Positions 1 through 13,890 of a stretch of DNA of 64,000 nucleotides are shown here, piece after piece. Both the position numbers and the translations under genes were made by a program. The stretch's first letter is position 1, and each line of letters begins with the position of its first letter. This DNA comes from Octopus sinensis (taxonomy: Eukaryota), in contig NC_043004.1 of NCBI RefSeq assembly GCF_006345805.1, positions 101,928,001 to 101,992,000 on the forward strand, written 5' to 3'. Under the pieces are notes generated by a model that saw only the letters and a program-made list of their open reading frames with translations, was not told the DNA's origin and made no database searches.

Positions 1-53
1 CACAACCTTACGATCATGAGCCGAATGCCCTAACCACTAAGCCACGCGCCCTC
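1..53 (-). mobile_element. tRNA-derived SINE head (cut by the window edge)
   Basis: Reverse complement GAGGGCGCGTGGCTTAGTGGTTAGGGCATTCGG contains a Pol III A-box. Confidence 0.65.
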
Positions 54-843
54 ACTATATATATATATACATATCTAAATCCTGACGTATATATACAAAC
101 AACTTATGAGGCAAAGCATTTCTTATGCAGAGCCAGAAATCCGGGATCTGGAATTATCCATTAATTTTTTTGCTACTTTATTTTGTATTTTTGTCTTCTC
201 TCCTGGTACTGTATGAACTTTTAATGTGGTTTTAGGGTCAAGTTTTGGCTGCTGTTTAAAGCGTGGTTGTTTCTCATAGATACCCTAAATTATAATTTTA
301 ACAATTATTACCTTTCAAGGTTTTTATTCCCATGCTGGCCACTTGTCCTCTTGGCCCGGTGCCACTGTATCATTGCCCTTCTTTTCCCCCAACCTGTGCA
401 TTCTACCCACATGCCTTGTCTCACTCTATTATTGCCGTCTGTTAGCCCCCGACCTGGATGTTCCACCCTCACATAGCAAGAAAACCTTTCCCTCATCCTA
501 CCCCAACAAACTAATTTATATCTCTTCTTTTTCTCGCATTTCTTCATTCACTATACCTAGCTCTCGATCCCCACTCCTGTCCTCACACCTCCTGTTCCTT
601 TGTATCATTGCTGTCCAGTAACTCCTCCAACTGTATATATACCCAGGTTTTCACCACTTACTCGCACTTGCTTCGCAATATCCTGTCTCATGTATTTTCG
701 CAGTTGAGCCTCAATGTATACCCTGGTACTTGCCACTATTCATATCTCTCTTCCTTTACTCAACCATCTCATTTATACCCTGATCCTCGTTCCTTGTGAG
801 AATGCCCGTCATTCTGCCAACATCTACATCCTGCGGTCGCCCA

Positions 844-874
<31 letters not shown>

Positions 875-1119
875 TCTTTCTCTATATCTCCCTTTCTTTC
901 CCTCCATTGTACATCCCTCAGGGTGGGTAACCGTGTATTTTCTTTGCGGTAGCACACCAGTTTCTGTCTTCATCCCTGACCTTCTGTCTCCTCCCAGGTA
1001 ACCTTATACTTCCTCTTCAGCAAGACACTTATATCTGTCTCACTATAATCTTTTCATCATCACCTCCTCCGATACCTCCTCCCCTCTTAAAAGTTTTTTT
1101 CTTGCAAGTGCTTGGTGAA

Positions 1120-1415
1120 CCTGTCAGTGCAGGTGCCACTTAAAAGCACCCAGTCAACACTGTAAAGTGGTTGGTGTTCGGAAGGGCATCCAGCTGTAAA
1201 AACCTTGCCGAAACTGGCCTCGCATGTGCTCGTGCCACATAAAAAGAACTACTCATCTTGGCCCACATTAAAAGCACTTAGTCCACTCTACTGAGTTGTT
1301 GGTGCTAGGAAGGGCATCCAGCTGTAAAAATTCTGCCAAATCAGTTACAGTTGCAGGCTTCTGTCTGGCCGACTCTTGTAGTACCGTCCAACCCATGCTA
1401 GCATGGAACACAGAC
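1120..1415 (+). mobile_element. RTE-type 3' tail fragment (5' boundary undetermined)
   Basis: Shares ggaagggcatccagc (twice) and aacccatgctagcatggaa...gttaaatgat with the 3' end of the RTE at 32050-32210. Confidence 0.7.
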
Positions 1416-1426
1416 GTTAAATGATA

Positions 1427-1483
<57 letters not shown>

Positions 1484-1890
1484 GGCGTAGGAGTGGCTGT
1501 GTGGTAAGTAGCTTGTTTACGAACCACATGTTTCCGGTATCAGTCCCATTGCGTGGCACCTTGGGCAAGGGTCTTCTACCATGGCCTCGGGCCAACCAAA
1601 GCCTAGTGAGTGGATTTGGTAGACCGAAACTGAAAGAAGCCCGTCGTATATATGTATATATATGTATGTGTGTGTATATATTTGTGTCTGTGTTTATCCC
1701 CCCAGCATCGCTTGACAACCGATGCTGGTGCGTTTTCGTCCCCATAACTTAGCGTTTCGGCAAAAGAGAGCGATAGAATAAGTACTAGGCTTACGAAGAA
1801 TATGTCCCGGGGTCGATGTGCTCGACTAAAGGCGGTTCTCCAGCATGGCCACAGTCATATGACTAAAACAAGTAAAAGAGTAAAAGAGTA
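1484..1890 (+). mobile_element. CORE-type tRNA SINE (octopus OR2-like)
   Basis: tRNA-like head ggagtggctgtgtggtaag, CORE motif ccttgggcaag, internal TA/TG repeat, tail gactaaaacaagtaaaagagta. Confidence 0.85.
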
Positions 1891-1901
1891 CACATGCGCA
1901 C

Positions 1902-1959
<58 letters not shown>

Positions 1960-2500
1960 GCATATGTATACAACTATTAAGTGTATGCATGTATGCACAT
2001 ATATGTATGTATTTATGAATATATTTTGTTTGTTTGCTCAAAATAGGTAGAAACCGTTCGGTCTGGGATACAGCTGAGATGGTAAATGTTTTTGATTTTC
2101 ATTCCTTTCATGAATTTATCCCTTTTTGTGTTTCTAGCACTACGCTTCCTTATTTGGAAGCCTTTTATTATATTTCTATATAAATAACATATAGTCTAAT
2201 GACTAATTCGTCTTTTGTGCTAGGTCACTGGTAATAATAATTTATTTTTTATTACCATATTTTATTATGTTTAAATATTTATGAATATAGATAGACAGAT
2301 AAATAGATACATAGATGTGCATACATACATACATACACCTAATAGTTGTATATATATATATGTTTATATAAGCAACTATTAGGTGTATGTATGTATATAT
2401 GCACATATATGTATGTATTTATGTATAGAGATAGACAGATAAACAGATACATAAATGTGCGTAAGCGCCTGTGTACGTACACACACGCACACACACACGC

Positions 2501-2543
<43 letters not shown>

Positions 2544-2668
2544 CGCACACACACGCACACACACACAAGCATGCACGCAACCCATACATGGGTGCCCTTG
2601 CGTGTACATGAGTTTTGTTCATTATCTACTTGCTTCTTGTGTAAGTGTGACTAAAGAGATTTATGTAA

Positions 2669-3073
2669 ATACTCTTTACTCTTTTACTTGTTTCAGTCAT
2701 TTGACTGCGGCCATGCTGGAGCACCGCCTTTAGTCGAGCAACTCGACCCCGGGACTTATTCTTTTGTAAGCCCAGTACTTATTCTATCGGTCTCTTTTGC
2801 CGAACCGCTAAGTAACGGGGACATAAACACACCAGCATCGGTTGTCAAGCAATGCTAGGGGGACAAACACAGACACACAAACACACACACGCATATATAT
2901 ATACATATATACGACGGGCTTCTTTCAGTTTCCGTCTACCAAATCCACTCACAAGGCTTTTGTCGGCCCGAGGCTATAGTAGAAGACACTTGGCCTAGGT
3001 GCCACGCAGTGGGACTGAACCCGGAACTATGTGGTTGGTTAGCAAGCTACTTACCACACAGCCACTCCTGCAC
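2669..3073 (-). mobile_element. CORE-type tRNA SINE
   Basis: Reverse complement of the 1484-1890 family, full length. Confidence 0.85.
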
Positions 3074-3443
3074 CTATATACATACATACACATATATATA
3101 CATACATGTGTGTGTGTGTGTTTGTGTATGTGTGCGTGCGTGTGTGTGTGTGTATGTGTGTGTCTCTGTGGGTAAATATAAATGTTGATGGTTGCAAGCA
3201 AGCGTTGACTGTTTCTAAATACATTTTGTCTATCTTCCTGTCAATTTTTCATTCATTGTTCGGCTCCATTTCGTTTCTTTAATCTGTCTGCTTTTCTTTA
3301 AATTGTATTGCCCTGGCGTAAAACGTATGGGATATATTCGTGTAAATGTATTTCGCTTCAAAGAATGAACACAATAAGTATTTGTAATGATCAGATTTTA
3401 CTTCTTTGTTGCGTACTTGTTTACGTATGAACATCTATGAACT

Positions 3444-3507
<64 letters not shown>

Positions 3508-3556
3508 ATATATATATATACATATAAGAAATTAAAAAATTAAATACGCATATATT

Positions 3557-3685
3557 CGGCAAAAGAGAGCGATAGAATAAGTACTAGGCTTACGAAGAAT
3601 AAGTCCCAGGGTCGATGTGCTCGACTGAAGGCGGTGCTCAAGCATGGCCACAGTCACATGACTAAAACAAGTAAAATAAGTAAAA
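3557..3685 (+). mobile_element. CORE-SINE 3' fragment
   Basis: Matches the tail of 1484-1890. Confidence 0.8.
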
Positions 3686-3794
3686 CATAATAATAGCGAT
3701 AGCGAAATCGGTAGATATATTAAAAATTATATTAACACTATGTAAGTGTGTGTATTTTCTTTTTTTAATAGACAGAGAGAGAGAGTCAAGCAGA

Positions 3795-3820
3795 TATATA
3801 TATATAGCTAGCTAGCTAGC

Positions 3821-3915
<95 letters not shown>

Positions 3916-3930
3916 GCAGACAGATAGATA
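3795..3930. repeat. (TA)n/(AGCT)n/(GATA)n microsatellite
   Basis: Directly visible. Confidence 0.95.
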
Positions 3931-3944
3931 GGGTAAGAGAGATT

Positions 3945-5515
3945 TAAAATTATGCCCAATTGTTGCCGGTCCAGCTTCCAGCACACAACGCCAAAGTAAC
4001 TTATTAGACATCATTATGAAGCCCGTATGTTAAATAGTGCCAAGCTACATCAGAGATGATATGGAATTCCTGAATTTATATCCCCCAGAAAGTACACCAA
4101 TGCACAATCTTAGTCAGCTTTGGTGTAACAAGTTTATATACTAACATCGCACACGACTCAGGAATTGAAGCTATTGTTCTCAGGATTACAAAAACATCCA
4201 GATTCCATTTCAGAGAGATTCCCGAAAGAGTTTATTTTGGAAGGGCTCAAATTGATATTGGAGAACAACCACTTCTTTGATAGCGAACTATATTTACAAA
4301 TAAAAAGAACAGCCGTGAGCACCTAAGTAACCCCAACATATGCAACACTCGGTATTGGATACCTAGAGGCAAAATTATATTCCTAAATACAGGTAACGTA
4401 CAGTCACGACTTCACCACCTACATTAATAACTGGAAACGTTACCTAGACAACTGCTTCATCATCTGGGATAGAAACCAAAAAGACCTGCAAAGATTCCAT
4501 TCCATCATAAACAGCCTTCATGAAGTAATACAACTCACCATGGAATATAGTAGAAAGGAACTATTATTTCTGGATATCCTTATCATTAAAGAAGGGGAAA
4601 ATATCAAAACAAACCTATTTTACAAACCAACAGAGACACACCTATACTTAAATTTCCAATCAGCACACCCATCACATATCAAAAGAAACATTCCCTTTAA
4701 CATGGCAAGACGCATCTGCACCGTAGTAGCACAGCCCACACTACAGAAAAAAAATTATGTGAACTAAAATGGTTCCTTAAAAGACAAGAATATCCGACGA
4801 ACCTTATCAATATAGCCATCTCCAAGGCCCAGAACATTCCAGTGAGAATACTGAGAAAAACAAACCAAAGAAAATAAAAGGACAAAACAGTCATCCTTTT
4901 TGTCATCACTCACAACCCAAGGAACATCAATGTTGTGAAAGTCGGCAAAAAATATTTCCCAATTCTCCAGCAATCCCCCAAAATTGATGCACTCATAAAA
5001 GACTTACCAATAATATATAGCAGATGCCAAGCACCAAACTTAAAAAACTACCCATCAAGGCGAAATTTACATGTAACATTGAAACAATGCAAGTTTAAAA
5101 ACGCGGGGACCCTCGATGCGGAACCTGTGAATACATTGAAGAGAGTGGACAAATCTCCTTTAAAACAATGAGATTTTCAAAGTCAATGCAAACATGAATT
5201 GAAAAACGAAAAACTTAATTTACTGTGCAATTTGCCCACAATGTAAAGAGTACTGTATTGGTGAAATCGGAACGGTAATACATGACAGAGCCCGTGTACA
5301 CAAACAACAAACTAAAGACCCCTCTGTTAGAAACACCATTTGCAGTGGACACTTTGCATCATGCAGAAAGGGAAAATTCACAATATTCCCCTTCTTTAAG
5401 TTATGGTCGGTCAACGATAATTTCTGGAAATATAAAGAATTCTTCAGCAGGACGTACAAATCATTACTGAACACAAAAACTGGTATCCAAACCCATATGG
5501 GATCCTCACCTTTTT
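3945..5515 (+). mobile_element. Penelope-like element A, degraded RT + GIY-YIG
   Basis: KLCPIVAGP..SYIRDDMEFL; WKRYLDNCFIIW; ELLFLDILII..NLFYKPTE..YLNFQSAHPSHIKRNIPF; NLIYCAICPQCKEYCIGE. Several frameshifts. Confidence 0.88.
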
Positions 5516-5528
5516 TTATATATATAAA

Positions 5529-5606
<78 letters not shown>

Positions 5607-5629
5607 GAGAAAGAGTGAGAGAAAGAAAG

Positions 5630-6495
5630 GTTATGAGAGGTAATGGTGTCAGTAAGACCCAAAAGGTGTCAGGTAATGCCGAATAAGTACTATGGATAGA
5701 CCATAGCTAAGCTCCAGGTTCGGTTATTATGCGAATAAGGAGTTCAACGTAGGTCATATATCAGCATGAGTATATATGAGATCAAAAAAACCAAGGCTGT
5801 GAAGATTTTAGAACATTTATAAATAGAAGGTCTTACAGCTGTTTCCGGGATATTTTATATATCCCTTCATCGGAGACGGTGTGAGAAGATGGTTAAGCAA
5901 TAGTTAATTTAGATAAGATACGAAATAGAGAGTGAAGTGGAAGAATGAAAATAGATGTGAGATCTGTAAGGATATTGTATTTGTAGATCCATTATTTAGG
6001 CAGAATGGTACACACATAAGATTCCAATACCCTGTGAGTAAATTCCAATAGTATTTAAAATTGATCATTCTAAGTAGAGAGTTTGTAAACAGTAAGTACT
6101 ATTGAATCAAGGGTTTTATTTAAAGTGACCTAAAAGTAGGGCATGTATTTGTAATGTCAAATCGCAAACAGGAAGAGAGGAATAAAGAAAAGAGGAAAAA
6201 GAAAAAAGAAAAACAAGGAGAGAGATAATTTCGAAATACATATTTGGAGATACTTATTTAATGCCTAGGTTTCTTATGGGTCTCTCATCAGCCCCAATTA
6301 AGATGGTTGATGAGAGACCCATAAGAAACTTGAGTTAACTTGTGATATCGTGATTCAAAACGATCGAACTGATCAGAGAACGTAACTCTTTTTTATATAT
6401 TTAAGTAAAAAAAAATTCTTATTTAAATATTGATGCTTTGTAGATGTTGTCTGACTGATAGGTTGGCAAGTCATCTCTTACTTTTTTTTGTTTAT

Positions 6496-6556
<61 letters not shown>

Positions 6557-7730
6557 GTGTGTGTGCGTGCGTGTGCTTGTGCAGTAAGTGCGTATCCTGT
6601 GTATGTATGTCAGTCTGTCGTCATTTTTACATGTTTTTTGCAGAAAGTTCTAGGTGTAGGGTAATTTGTATATTGTGTTGTGTTGTGTTAGTGTGTATGT
6701 TTATGTATGTGCGTGTTTGTGTGTAGAATTAATTTACTTTGGTTAATATGGGTATGTATTTCTTGGGTATTAAATTTGTGTAGTTATTCCGATGTTTTTT
6801 CCTGTAAATAGGAGGAAAGGCGTGATGTTCAAGCATTCTCTGAAGACCTTTCTCTTATTGATCAGGTATATATTGCTGGATTTTAGTCCTTGTTATGTCC
6901 GGAACTTCTTAATCATGCAAAGAGCACATCTATCTTCCTCTGATACATAGCCTGGACTTGTCCAGAACTTTGCATTTGATGTTATGTGGTATTTATCTTT
7001 TAGTTCCTATCTTGCTTCACAGGAGCCGTCGTAGTCCTCTTTTCCGGATGTTTAAAGGTTGCAATATGTGAATAGTGCCGCTTCTTAAAGCGGTCTTGTA
7101 CCATTCCCACATATGTTTTCTCTGCTCCTCTCTTTTTGGCCTGTTTCAGCTGGTGCAATGGTGGTTTCATATACCTTAGACTTCACATTACAGTCTCACT
7201 GTACCACATAGTTATCCTTCATTCTGCAGGAACATCCCAGGCTTCTCTTCGAATTTGACTTTCTGGGGGACTTCCGATCTTATGAAAGCAGTGCAGAAAT
7301 AACTGGTTTTATCCGAATGCCTACTGAATATCATATACTTATGCTGAAGCGGAAAATTCTTATTTATTAGGTTGAAGACGTTACTTTCACATTTAGGGTG
7401 AAAGGGGGTGTGAACCAGATAATTGTCCTACTTCTATTTTTGTTTCGTAGTTAAGTGTAGGGTATATACTTAATTTTATCTTTATATCCGCTATTTCTAA
7501 GTGTTTTGTTGTAATAAGGGGCTACTTTATGAAATATCTCTTTGTAATTAAGTGAACTCAAGTTAACACTGGCTGGTGAGTAACGTATGGATTAAATATT
7601 TTTCTACACATTTGAATTTTCGAAACATAAGGTATCTCTCACTGAACCGGTAGAAGATATTAACATTAACATTTAACTCTGTTGACTATATAGAGCGCTC
7701 TTTTTTCACTTCTGACATTCTATGTCTATA
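5630..7730 (-). mobile_element. Penelope-like element B, 3' ORF remnant plus pseudo-LTR
   Basis: Minus-strand remnants FHKVAPYYNKTLRNSGYK, IIWFTPPF, EKTYVGMVQDRFKKR and CALCMIKK; a hammerhead motif lies in the downstream terminal region. Confidence 0.82.
5830..5877 (-). ncRNA. Minimal type I hammerhead ribozyme motif (U4C variant)
   Basis: GUCU-CCGAUGA-A-GGGAUAU[AUAAA]AUAUCCC-G-GAAAC-AGCU-GUA/AGAC: stem I GUCU/AGAC, palindromic stem III ACAGCUGU. Confidence 0.75.
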
Positions 7731-9244
7731 TCTGGCCTTCGATACGGCATTTATACAGACTTACATACAACTACGCACACTCACGTTCAAACAGACAGAC
7801 ACAGACACACACCTATACACACATATATATTATATATACATACATAGCAACCATGAGCCTTTTATTCTAAAATAAAGAACACTCTCGTACACAGGGTGCA
7901 TAGAGGCAAATTCATAGTAAGTTCATAAAAGTACAATAATTTGTGAACGTGAGGGTCTCTCCTTCAAACAGCCGCCTTCAGTTTGCGAGATCAAATCACA
8001 ATCAAAACCTTCAAGCAACGACTTCAGCTGCTTGGATGTTAATTTTTATGTATTATGAGTATGTGCACATAAAACGTACATCTAGGAAGAAACATATGCA
8101 CTTGGTTTCTCTATTAATGGCTAATACAAGGAAGATACAAGGAAGCTAATACAAGGAATATAATCATTTCTTCATAATATGAGTCCGCATTAGAAATTTT
8201 AATTCGAAATTAAATAATTACGCGGAAATAGATGCTGCGAATTTGCAATTTCTTTATTCAATTGTATATTTATTTATTTATTTATTACAATGTCCTTAAA
8301 ATTTCTAGTCGGTGATTATAATGTATAGCACTATTTCCCTCTTTTTTTAAAAATCATGGGAATGATATAAACTGTGACATATTAAATAAGGATTGTTTTA
8401 GAAAGTGAGACATTTTCGTTAAAGGTGAAAATAATCACAATCTGCAAGAAATCCATGGAATAAGTATTTTTCTTTCCTTCATACAACGTTAGCAGTTTAG
8501 GAATCGATAATTAAGAAGAGACGTTATTTGTATATATATGGAATAAGAGATGTTGCCTTGGGTAGTTCTACCTTGTGAAAATGTCTTATAATAACCAATA
8601 ATTTCGGTTTCAGCTACAAACAAACCCACAAGCCGTTTTTCAATATACTCTCTGAGGTGACGACAATCATTTCAAATACTTTTTGGGTGGGGTAATCCTT
8701 TGCGTATGTAGCTGAACAAACATATATTCATCAACACGAGTCTTGACCATAGTCAACAGTTACACTTGGTTTCTTTTCTTTTTTTCTTTTTTTTTTTCAT
8801 TACATATGGTCATGGCAGGGAAATAACCATTTCATCATACTATGAGGTAGGATTAGAAATTTCAATTTGAAATTAAGTAATTAACACGAAAAAAATTAAT
8901 AGAATTCACAAATTTACTTAACGATTTTTCTTTTTGATTATTACAATCTATATATCAATCAATATATCTATCTATCTGTCTGTTTGTATGTGAGTATATA
9001 TATATATATATATATTTTTTTTTTTTAAATAGGATAAAATCTTCATAAGAAATTATCAAGTAGTTAGCGTGAAAAAACCTCGTAAGAGAAAAAATCCATA
9101 ATTTTTTTCAACTTGAAAATATTTATTTATATTATATAGAGGGCATTTTTACACATAGATGCCGCACGCTAGGAGGGACTTTAAAAGTCCCTCCTAGCGT
9201 GCGGCATCTATGTGTAATAGTGCCCTCTCTCTCTCTCTCTCTCT

Positions 9245-9286
<42 letters not shown>

Positions 9287-9318
9287 TAAACATACTCGTA
9301 CGCACGCACACACACACA

Positions 9319-9360
<42 letters not shown>

Positions 9361-9789
9361 CATATATAAGCATATAATCTTTCTGTAATCATGATTCTGT
9401 ATACCACTTTCCTGGGAGTTATCTCGCTTGCCAACTTACTGTAAATGCTATATGGTGTGATGTTATCTCCCTTGCTGCCTTATGTTTAGAAGTACCACCA
9501 ACTTACTCCCAAACACTCACAAACAAATAACACGCACTCTTTCGCTCATATATGCTCATCCATGTAATATCGACTATCAAGTACTAAAGAGTTTAGGTGG
9601 AAATAGATAAGAAAGAGAGAACGCACAGGCGCACAGAAACACACACGAGCGTGCGCACACATAAATACTCCTACACAACTTTATCCGTCTTCACTACAGG
9701 AAGTAATGTCCTGATGCGTTTCAGTCACTTCCGGTTGTTCATGTTGCATTGTGATAACATTAATGGAGCAGTAAGTAGCGTTGGATTGC

Positions 9790-10470
9790 TTCGAGTTCTG
9801 CAAACAGTTTAACACTATTTGACGACCACAACTGAGAGCAATAGTCTAAATAAACGACTGTGGATAGATTCCCTTTACGCGACCAGCATTATTTCTCTTT
9901 TCCAGTTGTAAATTATCCCGGAATCCAAACCTTACAACAATTGTCTGTTCTGAGTTGTCGTCTCAGTAATTACATCTCAATAATATGCATATGAAACGCT
10001 ACACAATGACGTTTTTGATCCGCAGGTCAAGCATTGGTTGTTACTCTGAGACTGCAATCTTATCTACTCCAGTGAATTTTGACAGCAATAGCTTATTGCG
10101 GAGTGTTTCAAATTTTCCAGCATCAGATTACACTTTGTTTTCTGTTATTCACTTGTAAACTGCATTTAGATCTTGATGTAGAGTTATGACAGCAATGAGG
10201 TTTCTTGATTACCTTTGATACTTCTGTACTGTCATCATAGCCAAGTTTTTTTGCGCTTGTAAGTGAAATTATATCTGGGGGAGATATTACAAACAGTGAT
10301 GATCCCAAGACACTTCCTTGAGGGACGCCCCTTGGATTTAATAACTCGTTTGAAAGAGCACTGTTCGTTGCGACTGCTCTTCTTCCTCTCCAAAAATAAT
10401 GCAGCCACTTTCCTAAGTTTTCCAACAATACAGATATCAAGTAATTTGAAACGTCTTATTTCAATATAAA
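9790..10470 (-). mobile_element. CR1/L2/Jockey-group LINE RT fragment
   Basis: ORF 10123-10440 contains GVPQGSVLGSSLFVI and YDDSTEV (degenerate YADD); the left boundary is approximate. Confidence 0.75.
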
Positions 10471-12811
10471 CTTCATCGAATCCATTCGAAAGTCAAATAT
10501 ACCGTAGTCTATATCACAATGGATATGCACCTGTTTCAATGCCTAATCGTTATGTTGTAGGGTAATCTACTTCTCAAAAGGAGGCCGTGCTATGTCTCAG
10601 CTAATAATTTTCCCCTAAATGATTATTTGTTTCATGCATTTATCAAAAGTCAGAAAGGGTGGTCTGTAATTTTCAGAGATTTTTATAAAAACTTATCAAG
10701 GTCAGAGAAAATCGTAAGCTCGTAAGCATCACAGCCATACTATTTGTGAAACGGGATCTAAAATAGTGTTTTAGAGATTGTTGGGAGACGATTACAAGCT
10801 ATATGAAAATATAGCAATTTCTTATTTGGTTCTCCACAGGAACAGTATTTGATACTAAATTTGAGAATATGAATGTAAAAGAAAACTGCAATAATCTTTT
10901 TAAAGTGATTTTCAGTAATAACTATATGAATTAAGGATTTAAAGATACAGATATCAGTGTTACTGAAATTGTATGGACGAGGGATTTCTTCTATTTATAA
11001 TGGTTATCGATGCTTATAGAGCAGCTGTTGTTTCCTTTTATTAAGGATTTCGTGATATCTAAGTTCTACTGAGGAATATTTCTTAAGGTTCAGAAAAAGA
11101 AAAATCGTAGGAACATTGAAATAAGTACTTAAACTATACACTGGATTATACCATATTATATCTCTTTGTCTTTTTTTAAACTACTGTTTTTAATGCGACA
11201 TTGTGATAATGAGCATCATGAAAAAAAGGGTTCCTCGTCATTTGATTGGATACATGTATTCTAAAATTATTAAAGTTTTAAGGAGTACTGGAATATAACT
11301 ATAAACTATAATTAACACGTTGCAATTTGTCGCTTGGTTTTTTTTATAAGACGAGCTTTTGCTACTACTTAAATCTGGGAGTTATATCTAAAATTGATTA
11401 TTTATATATTTTTAACTACTGTGATCTTTAAATATAACATTTGGAATATGTTGATGAACCCTTTCTTAAGTGCATTTATTGTATCACCACTCGTATTTCA
11501 CAAAATGTAATGTCCACTATCACGGGAGAAATAGAACTATATAATAAAACATCAATATGTGCCTTGTTAACGCTGTATCTCTAAAGGATTAGTTCATCAC
11601 GATTATTTTTCCTCTATGTAAGGCTCATAGAAAATTTCCTCAAAAACTGTTCTTGTATAATACGTATCGTTGGTATTATGCAAAAGTCCAAAACTAGCTT
11701 CACCATTCCATTTCTCTTTACATTAGCAACAGTTTCAGCTTAAACAATAATACTTTGTTGAGTGCATAAAATCGTAACTTCATGCATGTATGATTTTTTC
11801 AGTCAGAAATATTTTTGCAAAACTGTCGTATGTAGGACTTACTACACTTTTGAAAAATGCTAAACCCTTGTACTACACTTTGACAAATTTCATATCTTGG
11901 CATGTGAAGCTGCTGGAGATACGATAGTTTGACCAAAAGAACCGGTTATTGCAAGCAAAATTAAATATTGAAAACAAAAAACACATTTGGCTAAATTTGG
12001 ACATACGACAGTTTAACACAATAACAACTATTTATTCAGGTTATTTTAACACTCATGAAATCAGTGTATTATAGATTATGCATTGCGCGGTGCTGGTTCC
12101 AGAAGGCATGACCTTAATTTTTCTCAAACGTAACATTCTACTATATCCTTTAAAATTTTTGAATGAAAAATGAGAAATGAATTCTTAAGAAGACGGTCAA
12201 CGACATTTATTAAGTAGGTTCAAATAAAGAAAATAGCTACAAAAGCTTATTTTATCCATAACTCATCTGTCTTAGTCAAAAGACGATCTAAAGGAAAATT
12301 CCAGTCAATCGACATGAATATATATGTTTTTGTATGTATGTATGTATGTATGCACATAGTCATACACATATACAAACATAATGTAGATACATGCCTCTCT
12401 CTCTCTCTCTCTACCTCTGTATATATATATATATATACACACACACAAACACACACGCATATATGTATGTTTCTGAGTTCAGTCCCACTTCGTGGTACCT
12501 TCGACAAACGTCTTCTGCTATTGTCCTGTGTAGACACAAGTCTTGTGAGCGATCGGTAGACGGACATTAAAAACGCAATGTGTGTGTGTGTGTGTGTGTG
12601 TATGGGCATGTATGTGTGGGTGCGCGCGCGTATTTGTGCGGGTGCGGACACCCATGTAATTGCATTGTGCATCTTTGCGTTTGTTCGATAAAATCCTACC
12701 AGTCGGTGGTAAATGACAGCAGTTCAGTGGCTCAAGCATATATATATATATATATATATATACAGCGAGAGAGAAAGAGAGAGAGAGAAGCGCACTCTAA
12801 GAGTTAGAGCA

Positions 12812-12814
<3 letters not shown>

Positions 12815-12851
<37 letters not shown>

Positions 12852-12871
12852 CTAATATTTATATACATATA

Positions 12872-12921
<50 letters not shown>

Positions 12922-13003
12922 CATATATATATATATATTTTTGAATAAATATATATATATATATATATATATCTAATATTTATATACATATATATATGTA
13001 TAT

Positions 13004-13047
<44 letters not shown>

Positions 13048-13137
13048 CATATATATATATTTATATATATATAAGTATATTATATATATATATATATATA
13101 TATACATATATATATGATATATATGTACATTATATAC

Positions 13138-13189
<52 letters not shown>

Positions 13190-13236
13190 CATATATATAT
13201 ATTTATATATATATATATATATATGTACATTATATA

Positions 13237-13299
<63 letters not shown>

Positions 13300-13330
13300 A
13301 TATATATATATATATACAAACATACACATA
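12815..13330. repeat. Long degenerate (TA)n microsatellite
   Basis: Directly visible. Confidence 0.95.
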
Positions 13331-13427
13331 TATGCATGTATGTATGTATGCGTGTATGTATGCATTATTCAATCTGTTTTTCTGCCTGAGAGAGAGAGAG
13401 AGAGAGAGAGAGAGGAAGAAAGAGAGC

Positions 13428-13455
<28 letters not shown>

Positions 13456-13462
<7 letters not shown>

Positions 13463-13594
13463 ATTAGATGAAGTCGAATCTTCGTGTTACGTAGTTGACT
13501 TTATTAGCAGTGGAGGAGGTTGGTCTGAAAGTATAGTCGCTAGAATATTAACCGGCTGGAGAAAGTTCAGAGAGCAATTACCTCTAGAGGTAAC

Positions 13595-13631
<37 letters not shown>

Positions 13632-13649
13632 CTCTGAGAGGGAGAGAGA

Positions 13650-13693
<44 letters not shown>

Positions 13694-13890
13694 ATTTGTT
13701 ACCTCTAGAGGTAATTGCTCTCTGAACTTTCTCCAGCCGGTTAATATTCTAGCGACTATACTTTCAGACCAACCTCCTCCACTGCTAATAAGGTCAACTA
13801 CGTAACATGAAGATTCTACTTCATCTAATAATCCTCCTGGGCATTCGAGAATATCTATTTCTCGTGTGGTGTTACTGCTTCTGACGAACC
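13456..13890. repeat. Inverted duplication of an RTE ORF fragment
   Basis: 143-bp arms 13456-13598 and 13694-13836 (3 mismatches seen). They translate [27 protein letters not shown], homologous to [27 protein letters not shown] in the RTE at about 31130. Confidence 0.88.

Noticed and set aside
1845-1885. CORE-SINE tail agtc-aaat-gact-gaaac as a hammerhead
   Set aside because: Has a stem plus GAAAC-like sequence but no CUGANGA or stem I.
10500-12250. Possible decayed transposase or polymerase in an AT-rich region
   Set aside because: No recognisable motif in any frame by eye; needs TBLASTN/Dfam.
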